Below are positions 50,689-60,225 of a stretch of 64,000 nt of DNA, one piece after another (position 1 is the first letter of the stretch; each line of letters starts with the position of its first letter). Source of the DNA: an uncultured Planctomycetales bacterium (lineage in GTDB: Bacteria > Omnitrophota > Gorgyraeia > Zapsychrales > Fredricksoniimonadaceae); assembly GCA_964520655.1 (NCBI GenBank), contig CAZFNI010000001.1:3067-67066 (forward strand), given 5' to 3'. The notes under the pieces are model-generated. The model was not told where the DNA came from. It saw only the letters and a list, made by a program, of their open reading frames with translations, and searched no databases. The position numbers were made by a program, and so were the translations under genes.

Positions 50689-51432
50689 ATGAAGCAAATA
50701 GCGTTCTTCTTTTTGAGTTTTAGCCTTTTGCTGGGCGGTGTAAGCTATGCTGTCCCTGCCTCAGAATTTGCCAAAAATAATCCCGACATCCAGAAATATG
50801 AATATGTCCGCAGTTTTATTGCGGCTTTAGTGTACATTAAGGCGGTGCATGAACGCTGGCACCGCTCAAGCCCTGTTAAAGATCTTAAAGGGGCCAAAGA
50901 CGTTACCGTCATGCGGGGTTTTCTGTCTTATCTGATCAAGGATAATGCGGACTTAAGAGTGGCGAAGAATTATATTGCGCCGTACCTAAACTCGCCTAAT
51001 GCGTTGATCAAGAAATCTGCCGATTCCTTCATTGTGGGCTGCAATACGGTCATTGGGATCAATGATAAAGAGAAGCAGATCTGGGATCAATGGAACGCCA
51101 TCAAAAGCACTGGTCTGGGGACGCGCAAGAATGAAACGGCGTTTCTGGATGCACAGGTAGAGCTCGCTCTTAAACGCAAAGAGGCGTTTAAGAATATCAT
51201 TGCCGCCAGCGTCATGTTGACCAAGATCCTGCGCAGCGCGTCCAATGTTGATGAGAAGGGTAAGCAGTTAGCCATCACTGCCGTGCAGCGCAAACGATTG
51301 TTGAAAAGTCTCGATGAGGTTGGCAAAACGAATTTAGACTGGGGATTAAAGCCAGGTCAAACATTTCAGCAAGCTTCCGTCGCCGTGTTAAGAGAGATAC
51401 TTGAGGACCCGATCTATAAATCCCTGCCATGA
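50689..51432 (+). CDS. Hypothetical secreted protein (signal peptide), 247 aa
   Basis: MKQIAFFFLSFSLLLGGVSYA signal; tightly coupled between receiver gene and addA-like gene. Confidence 0.5.
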   Translation: MKQIAFFFLSFSLLLGGVSYAVPASEFAKNNPDIQKYEYVRSFIAALVYIKAVHERWHRSSPVKDLKGAKDVTVMRGFLSYLIKDNADLRVAKNYIAPYLNSPNALIKKSADSFIVGCNTVIGINDKEKQIWDQWNAIKSTGLGTRKNETAFLDAQVELALKRKEAFKNIIAASVMLTKILRSASNVDEKGKQLAITAVQRKRLLKSLDEVGKTNLDWGLKPGQTFQQASVAVLREILEDPIYKSLP

Positions 51433-54400
51433 GCGGTTTTAAAGAATACTCTCAGGTCTGCGTGGTTAACGCTTCCGCCGGAAGCGGAAAAACTTACGCG
51501 CTGGCCAAACGCTATGTGCAGATCCTGCTTGTCACCTCCCTGAAGTCTCCGCAAAGTTTGAAACATATCCTGGCGATCACTTTTACGAATAAAGCCGCAG
51601 CACAGATGAAAGAGCGCATCATCACGCTTGTGAAAAGAATAGCCTTGGGAAAACTGTCCGGTAAAGAGGTTAGTGAGATACTGGATCCTTTGGGAATGGA
51701 TGCCCCCCAGGCCAAGCAGGTGGCTGGGGCGGTCATGGAAGACATCATTCGCTACTACCATTATTTTAACGTCCAGACGATCGATAGTTTTATGAATACA
51801 CTGCTTGCCGGGTGCGCGTTTAAGATAGGTCTATCGGCCAAGTTCAAGATCGAGCGGGATTCCATGGAGTATTTGCTGTTAAGTCTTGATTCTTTGATCG
51901 ATAAATCCCATTTAGATCCGCAGGTCAAGAATTTGTTTGAACGTTTCATCAGTCAGTATTTATTCCTGGAGAATCGCGGGAATTGGTTCCCTAAGGATGA
52001 TCTGCTGTTGGTCATCAAGAGCCTCTTCAAACAGAATAATACTTTTCAGAAAGCCTTGCTGCCGTTTGCCGCTAGCGATAAAGATGTGCATGTTTTAAAG
52101 AAACAGATGATCGGTGTAGTTGGGGAGGTCCTGCCACTGCTGCCCCCAGAGACGGACAAACGCTTTATCAATGCTTTAAAAGAATTCCATGTGGCGCACA
52201 CGCAAGGATTTGATATCGACGCGTTAAGCCGCTATTTTGCCCGAGAGGAGATCCCTGTAAAGGACGATGCCGCGATCCCGTCCCAATGTGTGTCAAAGTG
52301 GCAGAAGGTGCGTTCGCTGTTAAATCAGATCGTATTATGCGAGTCCTATGCTGTTTTTAACCCATACATTGATCTTTACGACGGGGTGATGCGCTGCTTA
52401 TCATTGATCCAAAAGCAGGAGGATATTATTTTCCTCGAAGAGTTGAATAAAAAAGCCGGGGAATTGTTCACGGATGATCTTGTCAGCATCAGCGAGGTCT
52501 ATTACCGTTTGGCCACGCGCTTTGATCATTATTTGATCGATGAATTCCAGGATACGGCCCAGGCTCAGTGGCAGAATATCAAACCTTTGGTGGAAGAATC
52601 CCTCTCTCACGGCGGAAGCCTGTTTTACGTCGGAGATAAGAAACAAGCGATCTATGGCTTCCGCGGCGGCAAGAGTCTGTTGTTCGACCAGCTTCCCAGT
52701 GAGCTTAAAGCCTATGCGGTCAAACAGGAAAACCTGGAGATGAATTACCGCAGCCGCCGTTTTGTGGTGGAGTTCAACAATGAGGTCTTTGCTGGGGAAA
52801 ATCTGATGCGCATGGTCAACGACCTGCAGACCCAGGACCGTTTGGTGGAGAAGGATATTGTCTTTACTGACGAGGACAGACGCGCGATCAGTGATGTCTT
52901 TGCGTTCTCGCGCCAGCAGCCTAAGGATGGATCTCCGTTTGGCCGTGTGCGGGTGGAAATGATTTGCGGCAAGCTAAAGGAGGAACGAACGGAGCTTACA
53001 AAAAGAAAGGTGATCGAGGCGATCGAGGACTGCCGCAAGCGGCATGGCTTAAAACATATTGCCGTCCTGGCACGCAATAATAGTGAGGTCGAGGAGATCA
53101 CCGGCTGGTTAATGGAAAACCGCATCCCGGCAAGGTCGGAGCGGACCAGCGACATCAAAAACCATTGGTTGATCAGGGACATGATGGCATTATTGCGTTT
53201 TTTAAGCGATACGTCCGACAATGCTGCTTTCGCGGATTTTATCACTTCTCCGCTCTTTCTAAAAGCGGCCGGAGAGTCAAAAGAAGCGATGGAAGCGTTC
53301 TTGTTTGAGAACAGGCCGACTAAGTCATCACCTGGTGATTTTGCGTATCATCAGATCTTCAAGCAGCGTTTTGACCGATCGTGGGAGGGATATTTCGCGC
53401 CGTATCTATTGGCGGCGGGGATATACCCATTGTATGAAATGGCTTTAAGCATTTGTCGTCAATTGAACGTCCTTCAGGCTTTTCCAGAGGAACAGGGCTT
53501 TGTGATGCATTGGCTGGAGCTTATCAAGTTAAGGGAAGAGAAAGGCTGCGACCTTGACACATTCCTGGGATATTTCGATGCTCTTGAGGATCAGGAGCGT
53601 TTTGTACCCATGCCGTCATTGGACGCTGTCTCTGTCTTGACCATTCATAAGGCCAAAGGGCTGGAATATGCCTGCGTCATTATCCCGTTCTTGGAAATGT
53701 CGATCAAGGTTGGGGCGGGGGAGAAGAGTGGTGGACAATCTTTTTTGTGGGATGAGACCCCGGAGGGTTTAAGGATGTTCCGCTTAAAAGATCCATATAC
53801 GCGTTTTTGTCCATTGCTCAAAGACCGTTATGCCTATGAATTCAAGCAAAGCTTTATGGCTGAGCTAAATACCATGTATGTGGCGCTAACCCGTGCGGTT
53901 GAAGAAATGGTTGTTTTTATCCCGGAGCGAACGGGCAACAGTGCCAATGCCGCTGCGTTACTGATCCCCGAAAAGCTATACACATATGGCCAGGTACAGC
54001 CGGAGCCTGCTGTTGAGCCAGTTATGGAAGAACAGCGATTGCTGCCCCCCGCTGACATTAAGCCGTGGATCGGGGGCTGGTCGGAAGAATTAACTGCTGC
54101 GTCTACTCAAACGCTTAGAAAACGCCGTCAAGGCGAGATCGTTCACTATTGTTTAGGGCAGATCAAGAACATGCGCGCAGGGGACTTTGTCCGCTTGATC
54201 CAGGATGCTGTTGACTCAGCAGCGGGGTATTATAAGATTTCCCAGGAAAAAGCGTTGTATGAGCAGCTTTTATACAAAACGTTGAGTTTACCGCAATGGA
54301 AAAGATATTTTGAACTGCCACAAGAGGCCAAGGTCTTTTGTGAAATGGAGATCGTTAACGCGCAGGGACAAACGCGGCGCATCGACCGGGTGATCGTGAT

Positions 54401-54545
54401 CGGGGATCAAGTTTCGGCTGTAGACTTTAAACCTCAGGGTGACTTAAGCGGGTATAAGCGGCAAATGGAAGACTATCAGCAATTGTTAACCCAACTGTAT
54501 CCTCAATCGAGAGTATCCGTGACCATTTTAACGTATGAGCTCTAA
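51429..54545 (+). CDS. UvrD-family helicase with C-terminal PD-(D/E)XK nuclease domain (AddA/RexA-like)
   Basis: Walker A VNASAGSGKTYALAKRYV, helicase motifs (DEFQDT, VGDKKQAIYGFRGG) and C-terminal RIDRV...VDFKPQG nuclease motif. Confidence 0.8.
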   Translation: MSGFKEYSQVCVVNASAGSGKTYALAKRYVQILLVTSLKSPQSLKHILAITFTNKAAAQMKERIITLVKRIALGKLSGKEVSEILDPLGMDAPQAKQVAGAVMEDIIRYYHYFNVQTIDSFMNTLLAGCAFKIGLSAKFKIERDSMEYLLLSLDSLIDKSHLDPQVKNLFERFISQYLFLENRGNWFPKDDLLLVIKSLFKQNNTFQKALLPFAASDKDVHVLKKQMIGVVGEVLPLLPPETDKRFINALKEFHVAHTQGFDIDALSRYFAREEIPVKDDAAIPSQCVSKWQKVRSLLNQIVLCESYAVFNPYIDLYDGVMRCLSLIQKQEDIIFLEELNKKAGELFTDDLVSISEVYYRLATRFDHYLIDEFQDTAQAQWQNIKPLVEESLSHGGSLFYVGDKKQAIYGFRGGKSLLFDQLPSELKAYAVKQENLEMNYRSRRFVVEFNNEVFAGENLMRMVNDLQTQDRLVEKDIVFTDEDRRAISDVFAFSRQQPKDGSPFGRVRVEMICGKLKEERTELTKRKVIEAIEDCRKRHGLKHIAVLARNNSEVEEITGWLMENRIPARSERTSDIKNHWLIRDMMALLRFLSDTSDNAAFADFITSPLFLKAAGESKEAMEAFLFENRPTKSSPGDFAYHQIFKQRFDRSWEGYFAPYLLAAGIYPLYEMALSICRQLNVLQAFPEEQGFVMHWLELIKLREEKGCDLDTFLGYFDALEDQERFVPMPSLDAVSVLTIHKAKGLEYACVIIPFLEMSIKVGAGEKSGGQSFLWDETPEGLRMFRLKDPYTRFCPLLKDRYAYEFKQSFMAELNTMYVALTRAVEEMVVFIPERTGNSANAAALLIPEKLYTYGQVQPEPAVEPVMEEQRLLPPADIKPWIGGWSEELTAASTQTLRKRRQGEIVHYCLGQIKNMRAGDFVRLIQDAVDSAAGYYKISQEKALYEQLLYKTLSLPQWKRYFELPQEAKVFCEMEIVNAQGQTRRIDRVIVIGDQVSAVDFKPQGDLSGYKRQMEDYQQLLTQLYPQSRVSVTILTYEL

Positions 54546-57261
54546 GATCATCACCATCCCATTTACCGAGAATTTCATAGCTGCTTTAGCTGGGCTGATC
54601 GATGCGGATCATATCCAGAAAGGACGCGATCTGCGCCGTCTGCAGATCGTTTTCGGCGGGCACCGCCCGTCATTGTTCTTAAAGAAGGAATTATCCACGA
54701 TGATCAAAGGTCCTTTTGTTCCGCCCGTGATCATGACCATTGATGATTTTATCGCTGCCATCAATCCCGGCCGCCGCATGTTATCTGATCTGGACCATTG
54801 TTTGCTGATCCATCATCTCGTCAAAACGCATGTGCCGCAGATCCTTAAAGGGCGGGAAGGGTTTGTGCAGTTCTTGCCATGGGCCAGAGAGATCATTTAT
54901 TTCATTGAACAATTAGACTTGGAAGACACGCCACACGACGCGCTGTTGGCCTTAAAAGCCAAAGCAGCCATTGGCTATGATGTGCCGGATGATATTAACC
55001 AGTTGTTAAAGAGTTTATTTGATCTGCGCCGGGTCTATCATGAGTATTTGGATGCGCATGCGTTGACCAGCCGCGGCTATAGATATCTGCAGGCAAGCCG
55101 TAATATTTCACAGAGGGCATTTGAGGATGTTGATGAGGTGTTGTTCTGCAATTTCTTCTATCTGCACCGCACCGAGAGCGCTGTTATTGGGGACCTGTAT
55201 GCCCGTCACAAGGCTTCACTGATGATCCAGGGAGATCAGCGTCGATGGCCGGCTTTAAAACGTATCGCCCGAGATTTCGGTCAGGAGATCAAAGAGGGGG
55301 CGGTTGTCAGGGAGCCGGGGTTTGATCTGAAATTATACGCGGCTTTTGACACGCATGCTCAGGCGGGGATCGTCAGCGGGATCCTTAACGATATTACGGA
55401 TAAGTCCAATACGGTCATCGTGCTGCCGCAAGCGGAGGCGATGCTGCCGGTTCTTTCGACGATCACGGAGCTGTCAGGAGAGTTCAATGTTTCTTTAGGG
55501 TATCCGCTTAAGCGCAGCGCCATGTATATGCTACTGGATCTGATCATCTTGGCCAGACAGAATATCAAAGAGGGTGGGTACTATTCCCGTGATTATTTAA
55601 AAGTTTTAAGGCATCCGCTGGTCAAAGGGTTGTCCATGGGGCTTTCTCAAGGTGTGACGGGTCTATATGTCCAGCAATTAGAACAGTGTTTGTCTGGAGG
55701 GGTCCAAAGCCCTCTTAACGGCCTTATTTTTATCAGTATCAATGATATTCTAGCGGATGAAGAATTTTTTGATTCATTAGAAAGAGCTTTGTTGTTGAAG
55801 GGGTTGGACGTCAATAAGGCTGCGCTTAAAGAGCTGTCGTCGGTGTTGCATCAGAGATTGTTCGCCTGCTGGGAAACGATGACGTCTTTTTCGGGATTGT
55901 CACGGGTGTTGGAAGACTTTAGTGATTTCATTCATGGTCATAGCGCGCTTTCGGAATATGTATTAAATGAGCATGTGGCCCGCCGATTCATGGATATTGC
56001 TCAGGAATGGGCTGCGGTTGAATTTGATCAAGAGGAGTTGGGGACGCTTGATCTGCTTCGGATCATGCAGGAGCGTTTGGCGCGGGAAGTGGTGGCGTTC
56101 AAAGGTTCTCCACTCAAAGGCTTGCAGGTGCTGGGGTTGATCGAAACGCGGTCATTGAGCTTTGATCATGTTATTGTTCTGGACGTCAATGAAGGGGCCT
56201 TGCCCAATTTGAATATTTATGAGCCGTTGATCCCTCGTGAAGTGATGATCGGGCTTAATATCGACCGATTGGAATTGGAAGAGGAGATACAGCGCTATCA
56301 GTTCATGCGGCTCATCTCTTCAGCCAAGAACGTACACTTGATCTATCAGGAACGACCGGAAAAACAGCGCAGCCGTTTTGTTGAGGAATTGATCTGGCGC
56401 CGGGAATCATCGTCAGGCGAGGTGGGGATCGTTCCAGTAGAGCGGGTATCCTTTGCCTCCAAGCTTAGCCAGCAAACGCGCCAGGCCGCAAAAACGAGCG
56501 CCATGGTCGATCATTTAAAAGGGTTTGTTTTTTCCGCGACCAGCATCAATTTGTATAAACAGAACCCTTATGCATTCTATCAGAATTATGTATTGGGGAT
56601 CAGGCCCAAGGATGATCTCTTGGAAGACCCTCAGCATAAGCATGTCGGGACATTTATCCACGGGATATTAGAAGATGCCTTCAAGCCGTTCTTGGGACGG
56701 ACGCCAGTGTTGGATGAAAGTTTTGACCGGATCGTTCTGGGCATGCTGCAGGAGAGATTTGACGCGCACTTTGGCCGGGGGCAGCGCAGTGACGCATTCT
56801 TGCTCAAGGTCGTTCTGGAGAATCGTTTGTCCAGATTTCTTCAGATCGAGCGTAAGCGCATGGCTCTAGATGTGGATAAGATCCTCTACATTGAGCGAAA
56901 ATTCACCGATACGCTCAATTTACCGTGCGGCCCCGTCCATGTGTCGCTACGCATGGACAGGGTGGAGCAGCTGAACGACGGCACTATCTTGGTCATTGAT
57001 TATAAGACGGGCCAAGTGGACAGCGGATCTGTACAGATGCCCCTGTATCTTCAATATTTGCGCAAACTTTATCCCGGTCTTCCCGTCAATGCCGCGTATT
57101 ATAAATTAAAAGATTTGGCGTTGGATTGTTATATCTCCCCGAGGGATCCTCGCCCCATAGAGGAGGTGCTTAAAGACTTTTTATCCGATCTCAATGTCGT
57201 GATGGAGGAAATATTTAATCAGGAAATCCCTTTTATTGATACAGAGGATGGGATAAAATAA
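54535..57261 (+). CDS. AddB-like PD-(D/E)XK nuclease partner protein (no N-terminal Walker A, no 4-Cys Fe-S cluster evident)
   Basis: C-terminal GTILVIDYKTGQ RecB-type nuclease motif; overlaps the addA-like stop by 11 bp. Confidence 0.7.
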   Translation: MSSKIITIPFTENFIAALAGLIDADHIQKGRDLRRLQIVFGGHRPSLFLKKELSTMIKGPFVPPVIMTIDDFIAAINPGRRMLSDLDHCLLIHHLVKTHVPQILKGREGFVQFLPWAREIIYFIEQLDLEDTPHDALLALKAKAAIGYDVPDDINQLLKSLFDLRRVYHEYLDAHALTSRGYRYLQASRNISQRAFEDVDEVLFCNFFYLHRTESAVIGDLYARHKASLMIQGDQRRWPALKRIARDFGQEIKEGAVVREPGFDLKLYAAFDTHAQAGIVSGILNDITDKSNTVIVLPQAEAMLPVLSTITELSGEFNVSLGYPLKRSAMYMLLDLIILARQNIKEGGYYSRDYLKVLRHPLVKGLSMGLSQGVTGLYVQQLEQCLSGGVQSPLNGLIFISINDILADEEFFDSLERALLLKGLDVNKAALKELSSVLHQRLFACWETMTSFSGLSRVLEDFSDFIHGHSALSEYVLNEHVARRFMDIAQEWAAVEFDQEELGTLDLLRIMQERLAREVVAFKGSPLKGLQVLGLIETRSLSFDHVIVLDVNEGALPNLNIYEPLIPREVMIGLNIDRLELEEEIQRYQFMRLISSAKNVHLIYQERPEKQRSRFVEELIWRRESSSGEVGIVPVERVSFASKLSQQTRQAAKTSAMVDHLKGFVFSATSINLYKQNPYAFYQNYVLGIRPKDDLLEDPQHKHVGTFIHGILEDAFKPFLGRTPVLDESFDRIVLGMLQERFDAHFGRGQRSDAFLLKVVLENRLSRFLQIERKRMALDVDKILYIERKFTDTLNLPCGPVHVSLRMDRVEQLNDGTILVIDYKTGQVDSGSVQMPLYLQYLRKLYPGLPVNAAYYKLKDLALDCYISPRDPRPIEEVLKDFLSDLNVVMEEIFNQEIPFIDTEDGIK

Positions 57262-57265
57262 ATTT

Positions 57266-57631
57266 ATGCCTAAGACTATTTTAGTGGTGGATGACGAACC
57301 GGTCATTGTGGAGATCGCCAAGCGCAAGCTTTCAGAACTTGGATACAATATCAGGACCGCTGGTGACGGGGTTGAAGCGTTGGCCCAAATGAAGGAGCAA
57401 AAACCAGATTTGATCTTGTTGGACATCCAAATGCCCAATATGAACGGCTACACCTTTATGATGGAAAAAAGCAAATTACCCGATTATGCCCGAGTGCCAG
57501 TGGTTGTGTTGACCGCTTATTCCGAAATGGAACCGTTGTTCAAGCGTCATGGCGCCGCGGCCTATATCCTCAAACCGTTAAAACTGCAGGACGTGATCCA
57601 GCTTGTCAAAAAGACGATCGGTGAGCCTTAA
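57266..57631 (+). CDS. Single-domain response regulator receiver (CheY-like), second copy
   Basis: KTILVVDDEPVIVEIAK...LILLDIQMPNMNGY...LKP. Confidence 0.85.
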   Translation: MPKTILVVDDEPVIVEIAKRKLSELGYNIRTAGDGVEALAQMKEQKPDLILLDIQMPNMNGYTFMMEKSKLPDYARVPVVVLTAYSEMEPLFKRHGAAAYILKPLKLQDVIQLVKKTIGEP

Positions 57632-57684
57632 ATCGGCGTTAAACCTCATTGACGCTCGTCGTCTTTTATGTTATTTTATCCGCC

Positions 57685-58374
57685 ATGGTTAAAGAGAATT
57701 TTTTGAAAGTCCGAAGCGATGTCCGCGCGGCGTGTCGTGTTGCCGGCCGACGGGAAGACGATGTTGTCCTTGTGGCGGTCACCAAAACAGCCCCATTAGA
57801 AGATATCAGTGCTGTCATCGAGGCGGGCGCTATGCATATCGCCGAGAACAGGGTGCAGGAAGCGGAACTGAAGTTCCCATCGTTGTTGGCCAAATATCCC
57901 CAGGTGACGACGCATATCATCGGTCACTTACAGACTAACAAAGCCAAGGATGCCATTAAGGTCGTTAAGCTGATCCAGTCAGTAGATAGTTTGAAATTAG
58001 CGCAGGAGATCCAAAAACAGGCTCTTAAGATCAACAGGGTTGTAGATGTCCTGGTGCAGTTCAATACTGCCCGCGAAGAGCAGAAATTTGGGGCAGCTCC
58101 GGAGGACGCGCTGACGTTGATTGAAAGTGTCAGCCAACTGACACATGTGCACATCAAAGGATTGATGACCATGGCACCTTACACGGATGATCAGGGTGTC
58201 ATTCGCAAGACTTTTTCCGATCTCAGGAGCATTAAGGATAATATCAAAAGCCGTTTCAGCGGACACGAGCGCGTGGATGTGGGGATCATGTCCATGGGCA
58301 TGAGCGGGGACTATAAGATCGCGATCGAAGAAGGATCGACGATGGTCCGCGTCGGCAGTGCTATTTTTAAATAA
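57685..58374 (+). CDS. yggS: YggS-family pyridoxal phosphate homeostasis protein (PLPBP)
   Basis: VVLVAVTKTAPLEDISAVIEAGAMHIAENRVQE ... HIIGHLQTNKAK; ATG 57685 preferred over the TTG at 57649. Confidence 0.8.
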   Translation: MVKENFLKVRSDVRAACRVAGRREDDVVLVAVTKTAPLEDISAVIEAGAMHIAENRVQEAELKFPSLLAKYPQVTTHIIGHLQTNKAKDAIKVVKLIQSVDSLKLAQEIQKQALKINRVVDVLVQFNTAREEQKFGAAPEDALTLIESVSQLTHVHIKGLMTMAPYTDDQGVIRKTFSDLRSIKDNIKSRFSGHERVDVGIMSMGMSGDYKIAIEEGSTMVRVGSAIFK

Positions 58375-58386
58375 CGGGGTCACAGG

Positions 58387-59154
58387 ATGCAGACAATTGC
58401 GATCGTAGGCGGCGGCAACATGGGGGAAGCGATCATTAAGGGCCTTAAGCGCCAGGTGATGGTCTGTGAAGCTGACTCGGCCAAAGCCAAAGCGCTTGTG
58501 AAGAAATATAAAGTCCAGATCGTGGATATGCCAAAGGCATCCAGCGCAGATGTGATCATCCTCGCGGTCAAGCCCCAGGACATGCCCAATGCGTTGGCGC
58601 AGATCGACGCGAACGGTCAGCTGTTCATTTCGATCGCAGCCGGTTTAACGACGCGTTTTTTTGAAAAACATTTAGGCGGCAAGGCGCGGGTGATCCGTTC
58701 CATGCCCAATATGCCGGCATTGATCGGTCAGGGTATCACCGGTATTGCCGCGGGCAAGTATGCCAAAGCGCAAGATTTAAGGATCGCTCAAGAAATTCTA
58801 AATAGCGTCGGTAAGACCGTCATCGTCAAAGAATCGATGCTAGATGCCGTGACGGCCGTATCCGGCAGCGGCCCAGCCTACGTTTTTCTATTCGTGGAAC
58901 AATGGATGGCGGCAGCTAAAAAGCTTGGCTTCAATGACACACAGGCCAAGGAGCTGGTTTATCAAACGTTGATCGGTAGTGCGCATTTGTTAGAGCAGAG
59001 TGAATTTAACGCCGCTACGCTTCGGGAAAAGGTGACTTCTAAGGGAGGCACAACACAAGCGGCTTTGGAAGTCTTCGCCAAGGGCAAATTTGATCAGCTG
59101 GTCAAGAAAGCATTATTAGCGGCAAAGAATAGAGCTAAAGAGTTAGCGAAGTAA
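58387..59154 (+). CDS. proC: Pyrroline-5-carboxylate reductase
   Basis: IAIVGGGNMGEAIIKGL Rossmann motif and P5CR C-terminal domain (GSGPAYVFLFVE). Confidence 0.85.
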   Translation: MQTIAIVGGGNMGEAIIKGLKRQVMVCEADSAKAKALVKKYKVQIVDMPKASSADVIILAVKPQDMPNALAQIDANGQLFISIAAGLTTRFFEKHLGGKARVIRSMPNMPALIGQGITGIAAGKYAKAQDLRIAQEILNSVGKTVIVKESMLDAVTAVSGSGPAYVFLFVEQWMAAAKKLGFNDTQAKELVYQTLIGSAHLLEQSEFNAATLREKVTSKGGTTQAALEVFAKGKFDQLVKKALLAAKNRAKELAK

Positions 59155-59171
59155 TTTGTATTATGTTAGCC

Positions 59172-59340
59172 GGTTAAGGGGCAGGGCAAGTTCAGGAGGG
59201 ACGAAACATCCCCCGTCAGATGCCACCTTAACCAAAACAATAACGATTAACCACCAGTATGCGCCAAGCGAGCTGGTGCATCTGTTGCGGGGGCTGGGGG
59301 GTGTTGAGTCCCGATGGAAGCTTGACCTGCCCCTTAACCT
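59172..59340. ncRNA. Candidate structured RNA (~170 nt) closed by a perfect 14-bp terminal helix; identity unknown (6S-like architecture or mtnP leader)
   Basis: GGTTAAGGGGCAGG (59173-59186) is the exact reverse complement of CCTGCCCCTTAACC (59326-59339). Nested helices CAGATGC(C)ACC/GGTGCATCTG (59217-59227 / 59274-59283) and GAGGGAC/GTCCC. Only short ORFs overlap it on both strands. Confidence 0.35.
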
Positions 59341-59367
59341 CATGGACTAAAAATCAGGGAGTACAAT

Positions 59368-60225
59368 ATGGCAACAGTCGGCGTGATCGGCGGCAGCGGT
59401 TTGTATCAGATCGACGGCATTGAACATGTCAAAGAGGTTGCGGTCAAAACACCGTTTGGCGACCCATCGGATGTATTCTTTACCGGGACGCTGGAAGAGA
59501 CACCCGTTGTGTTCCTGCCTCGCCATGGCCGCGGGCATCGCATCTCCCCATCGGAGATCAATTACCGCGCTAATATCTGGGCGATGAAGAAATTGGGCGT
59601 AGAGGCGATCTTGTCCGTCTCTGCCTGCGGATCTTTACGCAAAAAATATAAGCCCATGGATTTTGTCATCCCGGACCAATTTTTGGACAGAACTCGCAAA
59701 GGCCGTATCGATACATTCTTTACAGACGGGATCGTTGCTCACGTGGCTTTTGCCGATCCGATCTCCCCGGAGATCGCGGATATCCTGGAAAGTGCTGCCA
59801 AAACACTTAAAGTGAAAGCGCATCGCGGCGGGACTTATGTGAATATGGAAGGGCCGCAATTCTCAACAAAAGCCGAGTCTAATCTATACCGCAGCTGGGG
59901 GATGGACATTATCGGGATGACGAATTTGACCGAGGCGAAATTGGCGCGGGAAGCAGAGATTTCCTATGCGACGCTGGCGGCGGTAACCGATTATGACTGC
60001 TGGCATCCTTCGCACGACAGCGTGACGGTGGAAATGATCATTGAATATTTGAACAAGAATGTGGCCAATGCCAAGAATATCCTTAAAAGCGCTATTCCGG
60101 CTGTTGGCAAGATCAAGAAGTTTAGTGCAGCCGGCGCCTTGAAATTCGCGATCATCACCCATAAGGATGTGATCCCGGCGAAGGCGAAAAAAGATCTGGA
60201 CATCATCATCGGAAAGTATTTGTAA
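59368..60225 (+). CDS. mtnP: S-methyl-5'-thioadenosine phosphorylase
   Basis: MATVGVIGGSGLY...FLPRHGRGHRISPSEINYRANIWAMKKLGVEAILSVSACGSL. Confidence 0.85.
   Translation: MATVGVIGGSGLYQIDGIEHVKEVAVKTPFGDPSDVFFTGTLEETPVVFLPRHGRGHRISPSEINYRANIWAMKKLGVEAILSVSACGSLRKKYKPMDFVIPDQFLDRTRKGRIDTFFTDGIVAHVAFADPISPEIADILESAAKTLKVKAHRGGTYVNMEGPQFSTKAESNLYRSWGMDIIGMTNLTEAKLAREAEISYATLAAVTDYDCWHPSHDSVTVEMIIEYLNKNVANAKNILKSAIPAVGKIKKFSAAGALKFAIITHKDVIPAKAKKDLDIIIGKYL

Noticed and set aside
59172-59340. SAM-I riboswitch upstream of mtnP
   Set aside because: GGAGGGAC and GGUGC segments loosely recall SAM-I, but spacing, the GGCCCGAUGAA kink-turn region and GCAACC motif are absent; kept only as unspecified structured RNA candidate
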